A stretch of 64,000 bases of DNA, taken from the NCBI GenBank assembly GCA_017449065.1, contig JAFSKF010000019.1, positions 56,952 through 120,951 on the forward strand. The letters are read 5' to 3'. Both the position numbers and the translations under genes were made by a program. The DNA is from Bacteroidales bacterium. GTDB taxonomy: Bacteria > Bacteroidota > Bacteroidia > Bacteroidales > UBA3663. Below, piece after piece: positions 28,698-35,460 of this stretch (the first letter of the stretch is position 1; each line of letters begins with the position of its first letter). Below the pieces are notes generated by a model, which saw only the letters and a program-made list of their open reading frames with translations, did no database searches and had not been told where the DNA came from.

Positions 28698-29654
28698 TTA
28701 TCTATATTGAACTTCGTAGTGCCCTCCGTTACCACCACAGATAGTACATTTGCCGTTACCACCACATCTTGGACAGAGTCTGTCGTTATATCCCCATCCT
28801 GAACCATGACAATAGGTACATCTTCCTGGCTCAAACTGGCAACCGCCGCATGCTACCCACACTTGTACTGGGCCATGCTGCTCTACGACGACGGTTGTGG
28901 TTCCTCCGCTCTGTTGCTGTTGTTGTCCTGCATCAAGATTGTTCTGTGCTCCTTGACTCCGCCCTTCTGCCTCTGCCTGTGTCTCATGCCTATTGCCCTC
29001 CAGGGGGTTGTTAGTTGTGGTGAGGCGGCTCATGGCAAGGTCAAAAGCTGTACCGAAATCTTTTTGTTCCGCAGGCACAATGATTCTGCCATTGGCATCG
29101 GCAATACCACGATAGTGTTCTCCATTCTTTTTAACCATGAATGAGATAAAATAATGAACCTTCTCATTGATAATCATGGAACGGATAGAAATAGATAATA
29201 GGCTGTCAGCCTTTACAGAGACGACCTCCTTGCCGGTCCTGTCGCAGATGCCGCCGCCATCGGGTTTCTCAAAGGTGTAATACGTCCCAAACTCGTTATC
29301 ATCCCTTTTCTCAGTCCATGTATATCCCCTGCTATAGGGAATGACACACTTCCCACTTTTGCTGTACCACGCCCTAAATCCACCCTTCAAAGGTCCAAAT
29401 CCCTCCTCCAGCGGGTTTTCAGCAGAGCGATACCATATAAGATCATATTCCGTAGGGACTATCATGTTCCCATTGCGGTCTTCGGCTCCATACTTCTTCT
29501 GTCCATTGACGGTTCGCGTCACTTTATACCATTCAAAGCCGTCGTTCTCGACTATGTATTCTTTCTCTTGGGCAAAGGCCGCAGTGCCACTCATTCCTAA
29601 TGCCAGCACCAATAATAGTAATACTCTCTGTTTCATATTATTATCGGACTGCAA
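28698..29654 (-). CDS. exported WG-type-repeat protein with a C-terminal CxxCxGxG zinc-knuckle tail
   Basis: Signal peptide MKQRVLLLLVLALGMSGTAAFAQ. Three repeats follow (YGAEDRNGNMIVP, GICDRTGKEVVSV, GIADANGRIIVP), then a Q-rich linker and a tail with four CxxC pairs. Confidence 0.75.
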   Translation of the reverse strand: MQSDNNMKQRVLLLLVLALGMSGTAAFAQEKEYIVENDGFEWYKVTRTVNGQKKYGAEDRNGNMIVPTEYDLIWYRSAENPLEEGFGPLKGGFRAWYSKSGKCVIPYSRGYTWTEKRDDNEFGTYYTFEKPDGGGICDRTGKEVVSVKADSLLSISIRSMIINEKVHYFISFMVKKNGEHYRGIADANGRIIVPAEQKDFGTAFDLAMSRLTTTNNPLEGNRHETQAEAEGRSQGAQNNLDAGQQQQQSGGTTTVVVEQHGPVQVWVACGGCQFEPGRCTYCHGSGWGYNDRLCPRCGGNGKCTICGGNGGHYEVQYR

Positions 29655-29704
29655 TAATCATAAATACAAGTTTTGAGCTAAATCCATTTTAAAGATCTAA
29701 CACA

Positions 29705-30070
29705 TTACTTCTTAATGATATTACCACCGCCAAAAATTATGTTGATATTAATAATTGTTTCGGGGCTATGGTGGTTAGGGTCATATGGATTGTCGGAGTC
29801 TTCCGCATCATTTTTATTCTCTTTTTTAGTCTTGAATTTCCAAATTTCTTCTATAACGGCGGATATGATGGTTAGTATTTGTGGTAAATACTCCTTAAGA
29901 TTATCTATAGGAACATTTATACTGCCTTTTTCGACAGAAATTACACCATTGGCGTCTTGTGACGTGGTAATTAATACCTTAGAATCTCTTTCGGAGATTT
30001 CTATAGGCAAATATTTCTTTCCTCTCTTCATCTGTTTGATAACTTTGTTATCCTTTGCTTTTTGTTGCAT
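29705..30070 (-). CDS. hypothetical protein (121 aa, Lys-rich, no signal peptide)
   Basis: Co-oriented with its neighbours in the AT-rich operon. An antisense ORF (29715..30113) is also open, so coding-strand confidence is limited. Confidence 0.5.
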   Translation of the reverse strand: MQQKAKDNKVIKQMKRGKKYLPIEISERDSKVLITTSQDANGVISVEKGSINVPIDNLKEYLPQILTIISAVIEEIWKFKTKKENKNDAEDSDNPYDPNHHSPETIININIIFGGGNIIKK

Positions 30071-30133
30071 AATATTGAGTTTTAAGTTAGTTGAATTATA
30101 TTATACTGTTTGATAACGCAGGAGATGCAACAT

Positions 30134-30898
30134 TTAGTATTCTTGATACCCTCTTCCGTGACAGACGCTGCAAGTTACATGGCGGTGGAATGTTGTACTC
30201 CAGTATTCTGCGCCACATGTAGAGCATCTTTTCATGTAGCCACTGTTACCATAACTAGAGATTGAACCGTCATTTCTGACAATGCTGCCAGTACCGTGAC
30301 AGGCAGAGCAAGTGTGACGGGTTTTCTGTAGTTTGTCTCTTTCTGGACGATATGTGCTGCTGCCTGTGTTTCCACTTTGCCCACCATTATAAGTACCTCC
30401 ACCTGCATATCCACCTTGCGGATAAGTAGGAGGAACTGTATAGGACGGTGTATAACCACTTCCTCCACCACTTCCACCGCTTGATGGCTCTGGCTTGCGT
30501 ATAAGAGAACAAGTGGTTACGCCAGCGGGAGCCGTAGTACGCTTATAGACGTATATCTTCCCTGCATTCGTCTCAATGTTCATCACAGACTTGTCAGCAT
30601 TAAACTTCATATATGCATTCTTGCTCCAGTAGCACGAGCCCCAATAGGTTTTGAGTTGCTTACTGTTCTCCGCATCATACGACATCACTCCATTGCCAAC
30701 ATTATTCCCATACTTATCTGATTCAAAGCACTTATTTCCATCAAAGGTAATGAACTGTCCTCCACTCACATTAGTGTCATGCTTACCTTTGATAATGGAT
30801 TTTGTATACTGATAATAATAGGTTTGGGCATTGATGGTTTGCTCAAATACTATTAACAAAAGTAATGCAATACTAGATTTACTCATACATTGTTCCAC
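30134..30898 (-). CDS. exported protein with a Gly/Ser/Tyr-rich linker and a C-terminal CxxCxGxG zinc-knuckle tail
   Basis: Signal peptide (SSIALLLLIVFEQTINAQ). The N-terminal domain is homologous to the upstream 171-aa product. The tail is CSACHGTGS...CSTCG...CSVCHGRGY. The start may be the ATG at 30886. Confidence 0.75.
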   Translation of the reverse strand: MEQCMSKSSIALLLLIVFEQTINAQTYYYQYTKSIIKGKHDTNVSGGQFITFDGNKCFESDKYGNNVGNGVMSYDAENSKQLKTYWGSCYWSKNAYMKFNADKSVMNIETNAGKIYVYKRTTAPAGVTTCSLIRKPEPSSGGSGGGSGYTPSYTVPPTYPQGGYAGGGTYNGGQSGNTGSSTYRPERDKLQKTRHTCSACHGTGSIVRNDGSISSYGNSGYMKRCSTCGAEYWSTTFHRHVTCSVCHGRGYQEY

Positions 30899-31394
30899 TT
30901 GGGTTTCTTGAACGACCTAATTTGAAAAAACTCTTATCCACTCTTTTATATTTAATTACACCTGTCAAATTCGAAAAATCAAAAGATAAATAATGATACT
31001 CTGTCAGCATATTCCTATCTTTAGAAAATTTCCATATCATATGATTCTTTGAACCAGGAGCCCACTCGTAAGTAACTTCAGTTGAAGTAGATGAAATATA
31101 TTTAACAAGACTATAATCACGGGTTTCTGCATCTTCTACATAAAAATTGGAATTTTGACCGAGTTTCTTTTTTACATCAGTTATATAGTTTTCATACCAC
31201 CATACTCCATTGATTCCATCAAAATTAAGAATAAGGACTTCCGATCCATGATTATGCCCATGAGATTTATAATATCCGTTATCGTTTTCAAGAATATAGA
31301 AGCAGATGTCATCTGCACTGTCATAGAACTGAGCTTTCACTCCACTTGCAAGGCATATCGCCATGACAAGGAACAATAATCTTTTTGCTTTCAT
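30879..31394 (-). CDS. exported protein, paralogous to the N-terminal domain of the next gene
   Basis: Signal peptide MKAKRLLFLVMAICLASGVKAQ. It shares the motifs F(D)G, KF(S/N)xD(R/K) and YKR with the 254-aa product. Confidence 0.7.
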   Translation of the reverse strand: MKAKRLLFLVMAICLASGVKAQFYDSADDICFYILENDNGYYKSHGHNHGSEVLILNFDGINGVWWYENYITDVKKKLGQNSNFYVEDAETRDYSLVKYISSTSTEVTYEWAPGSKNHMIWKFSKDRNMLTEYHYLSFDFSNLTGVIKYKRVDKSFFKLGRSRNPSGTMYE

Positions 31395-31427
31395 AATCGT
31401 AATGTTTTTAAATTGTTAATAATGAGT

Positions 31428-31850
31428 TTATTCTTCCATATTATTATAAAGTTCTTCAAGCTTCTCCAATATAGGAGTGAACTTGTTTTCTATAATTCGA
31501 TTCACCTCGTTGCTCACTGTTTCGGTAAAGAACTTCATAAATTCTGGATCACCCTTTAGTTGTTTAAGAAATTCTTGGTAATCTATTCTTTGCGGTTTAG
31601 GATTATTCCACGTGTACCATGTTACAATAATGGATAACGCTGTCAATATCATCCCCATATTTTCCAGAGTTGCAACAAAATGTTGGTGCATACCTCCAGC
31701 ACCTATGTCTGGTATCACGGGAGGAAGTCCTTCTGAAATTCGGATTTCCATATTCTCCCTTTGCCTATGCGTAGTGGTCTCATACTCGTCAGGGAAAACA
31801 GACTCTGCTATTGTTTCTACTATTTCCCAGTTAATCTCTGATGTTTTCAT
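31428..31850 (-). CDS. hypothetical single-pass membrane protein (140 aa)
   Basis: Central hydrophobic segment MGMILTALSIIVTWYTW. Its start overlaps the stop of the protease gene by 4 nt. Confidence 0.6.
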   Translation of the reverse strand: MKTSEINWEIVETIAESVFPDEYETTTHRQRENMEIRISEGLPPVIPDIGAGGMHQHFVATLENMGMILTALSIIVTWYTWNNPKPQRIDYQEFLKQLKGDPEFMKFFTETVSNEVNRIIENKFTPILEKLEELYNNMEE

Positions 31851-33097
31851 ACCTCAACAAATTTTTTGTTAATGACGTTCTTTATATAGTCTGATTTAGC
31901 GATAACTGTACGTGCAGTTGTCCTCTTTATTATTACAACGAACAGCATCGGTATAATGCAAAGGAAAATGCACCACCATGGGAATTCAACGGCTTGGATT
32001 ACTTTGTCTGTTGCAAACCAAGCTACAAACATAAGTAACGGAAACACCAAATAGTACCAACCTGAGTTCCAAGTTGTAATCTTATCCTTAAAAGACTCTA
32101 TCCTTGGTGAATTCAATACTTGTTTTCTTACAATTTCAATTCTTTTTATTAATACTTTATTATCGGGATTATATTTCCTTTCAGAAACGAGACGCTCATT
32201 AAGTTTCGCAACGTATTTGTTCTTGTCATCTTCGCTCATAAAACGAGAAATGCTATATATCTCGTTCAACAAATAGCTATATTTACCATAATTCCTTAAT
32301 TGCTGGCTATCTAATATTTCAGCGATATACTTTTTGGCAAAAATCCTCGCCATTTTCCTCATTTTCTCTTTTCCGTAAAGGTGTTCAAATATCATGCAAG
32401 CCATTGCATCTGCCCCCATCTCAACTCTGGACTTTACATAGGCAGAGCTACAGATAATCATCAAAGCCATATATAATAGTAAACCCATAAATAGCAACCA
32501 CCATGAGTGGGACAGAACGGAAAAGATGACAATGATTAAGGAGAGAAGAGACGAATGTAATCTTGTAACAATTTGTCTCTGGCCAATTAAACTGTGTCCA
32601 ATGCAATGCGACATTTCGTGGAGCATTGTAAAGCGGTCGTTGTCTTCCTCTCCGTCAAAATCTTTATGAAGTAGAACAACTGATTCGTCATTGAAAAATG
32701 AATAAGATGTTGGCTCTCCACTTATAGCCTTACTAACATATACAGAAATATCTTTTGTTCCACACCTATTTCCCTCGTTATAAACCTTGAATTTTTGCAT
32801 TTCCTGCATATATAATTCTTTCAAGTTAGCATCTACGTCATCCAATTCAGAAAACAACAAGAAGTCGTGCCGCATTTCTGAGAATGTTTGTTTATATTTT
32901 AGCCATGCTGCATATACTAATATTGCGCCATCAAGACCAATACATAGCGGAAGTAGAAATGCGATAGAGTGGTTACTTACGGTCAATACTGCAATTATAA
33001 TAGATATGCAGAAAACGGACAAGACATTGTCCCACAAGGACGATAATTCATATAACATCCATTGAATCCAATTGTGAATAGTCTGTTGCATAATCAT
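31847..33097 (-). CDS. polytopic membrane zinc metalloprotease, M48/HtpX-like
   Basis: 416 aa. HEMSH (HExxH) is followed by two TM segments and then SRVEMGADAMA (an ExxAD third-ligand motif). There are two further hydrophobic segments at each end. Confidence 0.7.
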   Translation of the reverse strand: MIMQQTIHNWIQWMLYELSSLWDNVLSVFCISIIIAVLTVSNHSIAFLLPLCIGLDGAILVYAAWLKYKQTFSEMRHDFLLFSELDDVDANLKELYMQEMQKFKVYNEGNRCGTKDISVYVSKAISGEPTSYSFFNDESVVLLHKDFDGEEDNDRFTMLHEMSHCIGHSLIGQRQIVTRLHSSLLSLIIVIFSVLSHSWWLLFMGLLLYMALMIICSSAYVKSRVEMGADAMACMIFEHLYGKEKMRKMARIFAKKYIAEILDSQQLRNYGKYSYLLNEIYSISRFMSEDDKNKYVAKLNERLVSERKYNPDNKVLIKRIEIVRKQVLNSPRIESFKDKITTWNSGWYYLVFPLLMFVAWFATDKVIQAVEFPWWCIFLCIIPMLFVVIIKRTTARTVIAKSDYIKNVINKKFVEV

Positions 33098-33402
33098 TAG
33101 TTTGTTAAATTATGATATGAATGCAAGTGTAGGGGTACAAAGAATGGCGTGGCCACTCTTATGCACTTACCTAAGGGCATGTATGATATTTGGAATTCCT
33201 ACTACTGTAATAATATTGAAGAATTATGTTTAAGAATAATACCAGCAGACCGTCAACCACGACGAAAGCGCCTTTGCCGCTATTTGCAGCAAAAGAAAAT
33301 GTGAATCCAGTAAACTTTGAGAAGAAAGAGAGAAAAGGAACTACAAAATTTCTTGGAACTATGAAAGTGTCGCTGATTATCTCGCGCGAAGACCACAATT
33401 TA

Positions 33403-33411
33403 CCCCCCCCC
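33403..33411. repeat. homopolymer C9 (G9 on minus strand)
   Basis: Nine consecutive C residues read directly from the sequence. The tract lies between two out-of-frame minus-strand ORFs. Confidence 0.95.
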
Positions 33412-33536
33412 GTTCAGGTTTCGCAACCGAGGTTGCTAAGGGATTCGAAATTCTGAAGTCTGCGTTAATCATTTGTTGACTTGATTTAGGGATTTCACAT
33501 AATGCCGAATGGGATGCATCCTATTCAACATCGGTG

Positions 33537-33544
33537 CAAAAGTA
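33537..33544 (-). promoter_or_regulatory. candidate -7 promoter box (TACTTTTG on minus strand)
   Basis: The reverse complement of caaaagta matches TAnnTTTG. It lies upstream of the short ORFs and the six-gene operon. Confidence 0.35.
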
Positions 33545-33590
33545 TGCCATTATTTTGAATTGACCAAATTTTTAGCCGACTTTTTGCGTG

Positions 33591-33598
33591 CAAATATA
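33591..33598 (-). promoter_or_regulatory. candidate -7 promoter box (TATATTTG on minus strand)
   Basis: The reverse complement of caaatata matches TAnnTTTG. Confidence 0.35.
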
Positions 33599-33622
33599 TG
33601 AAATAATTTCGTTCTTTGCAAG

Positions 33623-33704
33623 AAATCGGGAATTTTTCCCTGTTTTTGACCTCTAAAATCGGGAATTTTTCCGGAATTTTCATGGTAGAAATCGGGAATT
33701 ATTC
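33623..33704. repeat. 3 phased direct repeats AAATCGGGAATT(T/A)TTC with a 33-bp period
   Basis: Copies start at 33623, 33656 and 33689. A conserved core of about 16-17 nt alternates with about 16 nt of variable sequence. Confidence 0.9.
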
Positions 33705-33770
33705 TTAAAAACGAGTTCCGCAAGTTTTTCCTGCTGACGTTCGGAAAAGCATCCCCGGGGCAAGAAAGAT

Positions 33771-33851
33771 TTGCGCGATGCCTATGAAAAGTTTGCGCGA
33801 TGCCTATCAAACAATTGCGCGATGCCTATCAAACAATTGCGCGATGCCTAT
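33771..33851. repeat. 4 phased direct repeats TTGCGCGATGCCTAT with a 22-bp period
   Basis: Copies start at 33771, 33793, 33815 and 33837, each an exact 15-mer. Copies 2-3 are full 22-bp units, TTGCGCGATGCCTATCAAACAA. Confidence 0.95.
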
Positions 33852-33900
33852 GCCGCAAATTTTCCTCTTCTTCGTCCTGTCTTTTCCAGAATAAGACACA

Positions 33901-35115
33901 CTATTTCAGGCGTTGGAAATAGAGGAGGGAGTCGGAGCTGTTTTCGCGAATACATTGCATCTCTTGCAGCATCACATCGGGACGGAAAGGAGTGGTTTCG
34001 AAGTAGTCGCTGATGGCCGTGTTGCAGCCGAAAACATTGCCTCGCTGTGCAGCCCGGAACTGCGCGAAAAGAGGATTCTGACCGATAAATTCCGAGAGTG
34101 TCCAATTCCGGTCGGGAGAGAAATATTTGATGATCCAGACATCGGCGGCTTGTGCCTTTTCGAAAACAGCTTCAGGCGAGAGCGCCAAAGAACCGCTATG
34201 CGTATCATCCGACCAGGGATAGCTGAATCCGGCGTCCTGATATAACCAGCTCATAGTGCTGCGTCCGCCAGGCACATACCAGGTGGCGCCGTAGGGCGAA
34301 TCGGCAAGCAAGGTGGGATGCGCCACCGAATCGGATGCTTCAGACAAACGCAGGTATTGCGTTTCCACCAGTTTGAAAATAGAATCTGCTATCGCTGCCT
34401 TATCCACTAAGCGTCCGTAAAAACGAACCCATTCCGCGCGTCCGAGGGGCGTGTTTTCCATGTAGTCGGCACAATAGATGACAGGCAGGTCGGGCAAAAC
34501 CGCTTGCATGACGGCTTGCGAGCTGCCTTCATACGGAGAAATCCAGATGGCTTGCGTTTGTGCCGCCAGCATCACCTCGACGTTAGGGGCAGTGGCTAAT
34601 CCGCCGTCCAGAATGGCGCCATTATCCAATGCATCCCGTAGCGTGCGCGAACTGATATAATCCGCATCGCACAGAACGCCGATGGTCTCCATGGCATCGA
34701 ACTCCTCCAGCAGGCGGGCGTGACAACAGGCCGTGACGGTTTGCCGCTGCAAAGGTGTGACAAGCACCTGCATTGGGCCGTATTCTTCTACCAGTTCATC
34801 GAGGAAGGCATCGGAAACGGTAGCCGAATCGGCCGCAGGAACCAAAATGTATTGGATAGCCAGCTTTCTGCCTTGCCAGGGATTCTGAATGCGACACAGG
34901 GTAAGGTGGTGGGGCAGATTCTGCATCTGAAGGAGAGAGGCATAGCGGGTGGAGGCTTCTGTGACGGCTAACGGTTCTTCCGGCTGGCGTTTGTGGCAGG
35001 AGACCGTCAGGAAAGCTGACAAAATAAAAGCAACTACGGCATAGAATGGGGTTCTGTGGCGAAAGTTTGCTTTCTTTTTTCTATTATGATTCGAAAAAAA
35101 CATTTTTCTATACAT
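33901..35115 (-). CDS. periplasmic-binding-protein-type ABC substrate-binding lipoprotein (BtuF/iron-siderophore-like)
   Basis: Lipobox FLTVSC. The overall pattern resembles the PBP type 2 (PF01497-like) family. No adjacent permease or ATPase. Confidence 0.6.
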   Translation of the reverse strand: MYRKMFFSNHNRKKKANFRHRTPFYAVVAFILSAFLTVSCHKRQPEEPLAVTEASTRYASLLQMQNLPHHLTLCRIQNPWQGRKLAIQYILVPAADSATVSDAFLDELVEEYGPMQVLVTPLQRQTVTACCHARLLEEFDAMETIGVLCDADYISSRTLRDALDNGAILDGGLATAPNVEVMLAAQTQAIWISPYEGSSQAVMQAVLPDLPVIYCADYMENTPLGRAEWVRFYGRLVDKAAIADSIFKLVETQYLRLSEASDSVAHPTLLADSPYGATWYVPGGRSTMSWLYQDAGFSYPWSDDTHSGSLALSPEAVFEKAQAADVWIIKYFSPDRNWTLSEFIGQNPLFAQFRAAQRGNVFGCNTAISDYFETTPFRPDVMLQEMQCIRENSSDSLLYFQRLK

Positions 35116-35155
35116 TTTGTCCGGATTTTGGGGTAAAATAAAGAAGAATATGCTG

Positions 35156-35163
35156 CAAAGATA
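35156..35163 (-). promoter_or_regulatory. candidate -7 promoter box (TATCTTTG on minus strand)
   Basis: Matches TAnnTTTG, 41 nt upstream of the ATG at 35115. Confidence 0.5.
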
Positions 35164-35267
35164 CTCATTTTTACTGAATTTTGCTTGCTATGAGTCAAAA
35201 TATTGTTATTTTTGACGAAAAATGTAATTTTTTTTGTCTTTTTTCTTGCACGTTCCAAAAATATACG

Positions 35268-35275
35268 TAACTTTG
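35268..35275 (+). promoter_or_regulatory. candidate -7 promoter box TAACTTTG for the trp leader/operon
   Basis: Matches TAnnTTTG, 29 nt upstream of the leader ATG at 35304. Confidence 0.55.
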
Positions 35276-35303
35276 CGCCGTCAAACTTAAAAAGACACAA
35301 AAG

Positions 35304-35345
35304 ATGAATAACAGTCGTGCATATTGGTGGTGGCGGTGCTCATAA
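35304..35345 (+). CDS. trp operon leader peptide MNNSRAYWWWRCS
   Basis: A 13-codon ORF with three consecutive TGG codons (35325-35333). It sits between the promoter box and a terminator hairpin, directly upstream of trpB. Confidence 0.75.
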   Translation: MNNSRAYWWWRCS

Positions 35346-35392
35346 CTTAAACGTTGTGGGTTGCAACCCTATATGCATATAAAAGAGATAAG

Positions 35393-35427
35393 GGCTTGCG
35401 GGACACGACGTCTTGCGAGCCTTTTTT
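35393..35427 (+). terminator. rho-independent attenuator terminator
   Basis: GGCTTGCGGG / CTTGCGAGCC forms a stem of about 10 bp including G-U pairs, with a 9-nt loop, followed by TTTTTT (35422-35427). It lies 34 nt before the trpB ATG. Confidence 0.7.
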
Positions 35428-35460
35428 GAGCGGATTCGAATCAACAAAAACAAAACAGAT

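Noticed and set aside
29715-30113. 132-aa hydrophobic ORF on the plus strand inside the island
   Set aside because: It is antisense to the co-oriented 121-aa ORF. Its Leu/Ile/Phe/Ser-rich composition is what the antisense of a Lys/Glu/Asn-rich AT-rich gene produces. I kept the minus-strand call, but only at confidence 0.5.
33425-33465. tRNA-like TTCGAATCC motif and GCAACC..GGTTGC hairpin (possible tRNA or att remnant)
   Set aside because: No acceptor, D or anticodon arms can be drawn around it and the flanking T-stem positions are not complementary. This is not a tRNA.
33467-33497. Possible third copy of the hip-flanking direct repeat
   Set aside because: Only short blocks match (AATCA, TTTGTTGA, ATTTCA) and indels are needed. 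This is too weak to call without a computed alignment. It is mentioned as a possibility only.
33735-33744. TGACGTTCGG, resembling the ARACGTWCGT half-site of Bacteroides invertible promoters
   Set aside because: It matches only 8 of 10 positions. I found no inverted partner within several hundred bp, and no invertase gene is nearby.
33550-33810. 86-aa minus-strand ORF with a thrice-repeated IPDF motif, and the 80-aa plus-strand ORF 33771..34013
   Set aside because: The peptide repeats are simply translations of the DNA direct repeats. There is no start context and the ORFs overlap promoter boxes, so I treat the region as non-coding.
33623-33851. Possible CRISPR array, given regularly spaced repeats
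   Set aside because: The repeat cores are only 15-17 nt and the spacers 7-16 nt. There are only 3 and 4 copies, and no cas genes are in the window. The spacing equals integral helical turns, which fits protein-binding sites rather than CRISPR.
35358-35369. GGGTTGCAACCC as an independent terminator or operator palindrome
   Set aside because: It is self-complementary with no loop and has no T-tract. It is better explained as one strand of the alternative (antiterminator) pairing in the trp leader.
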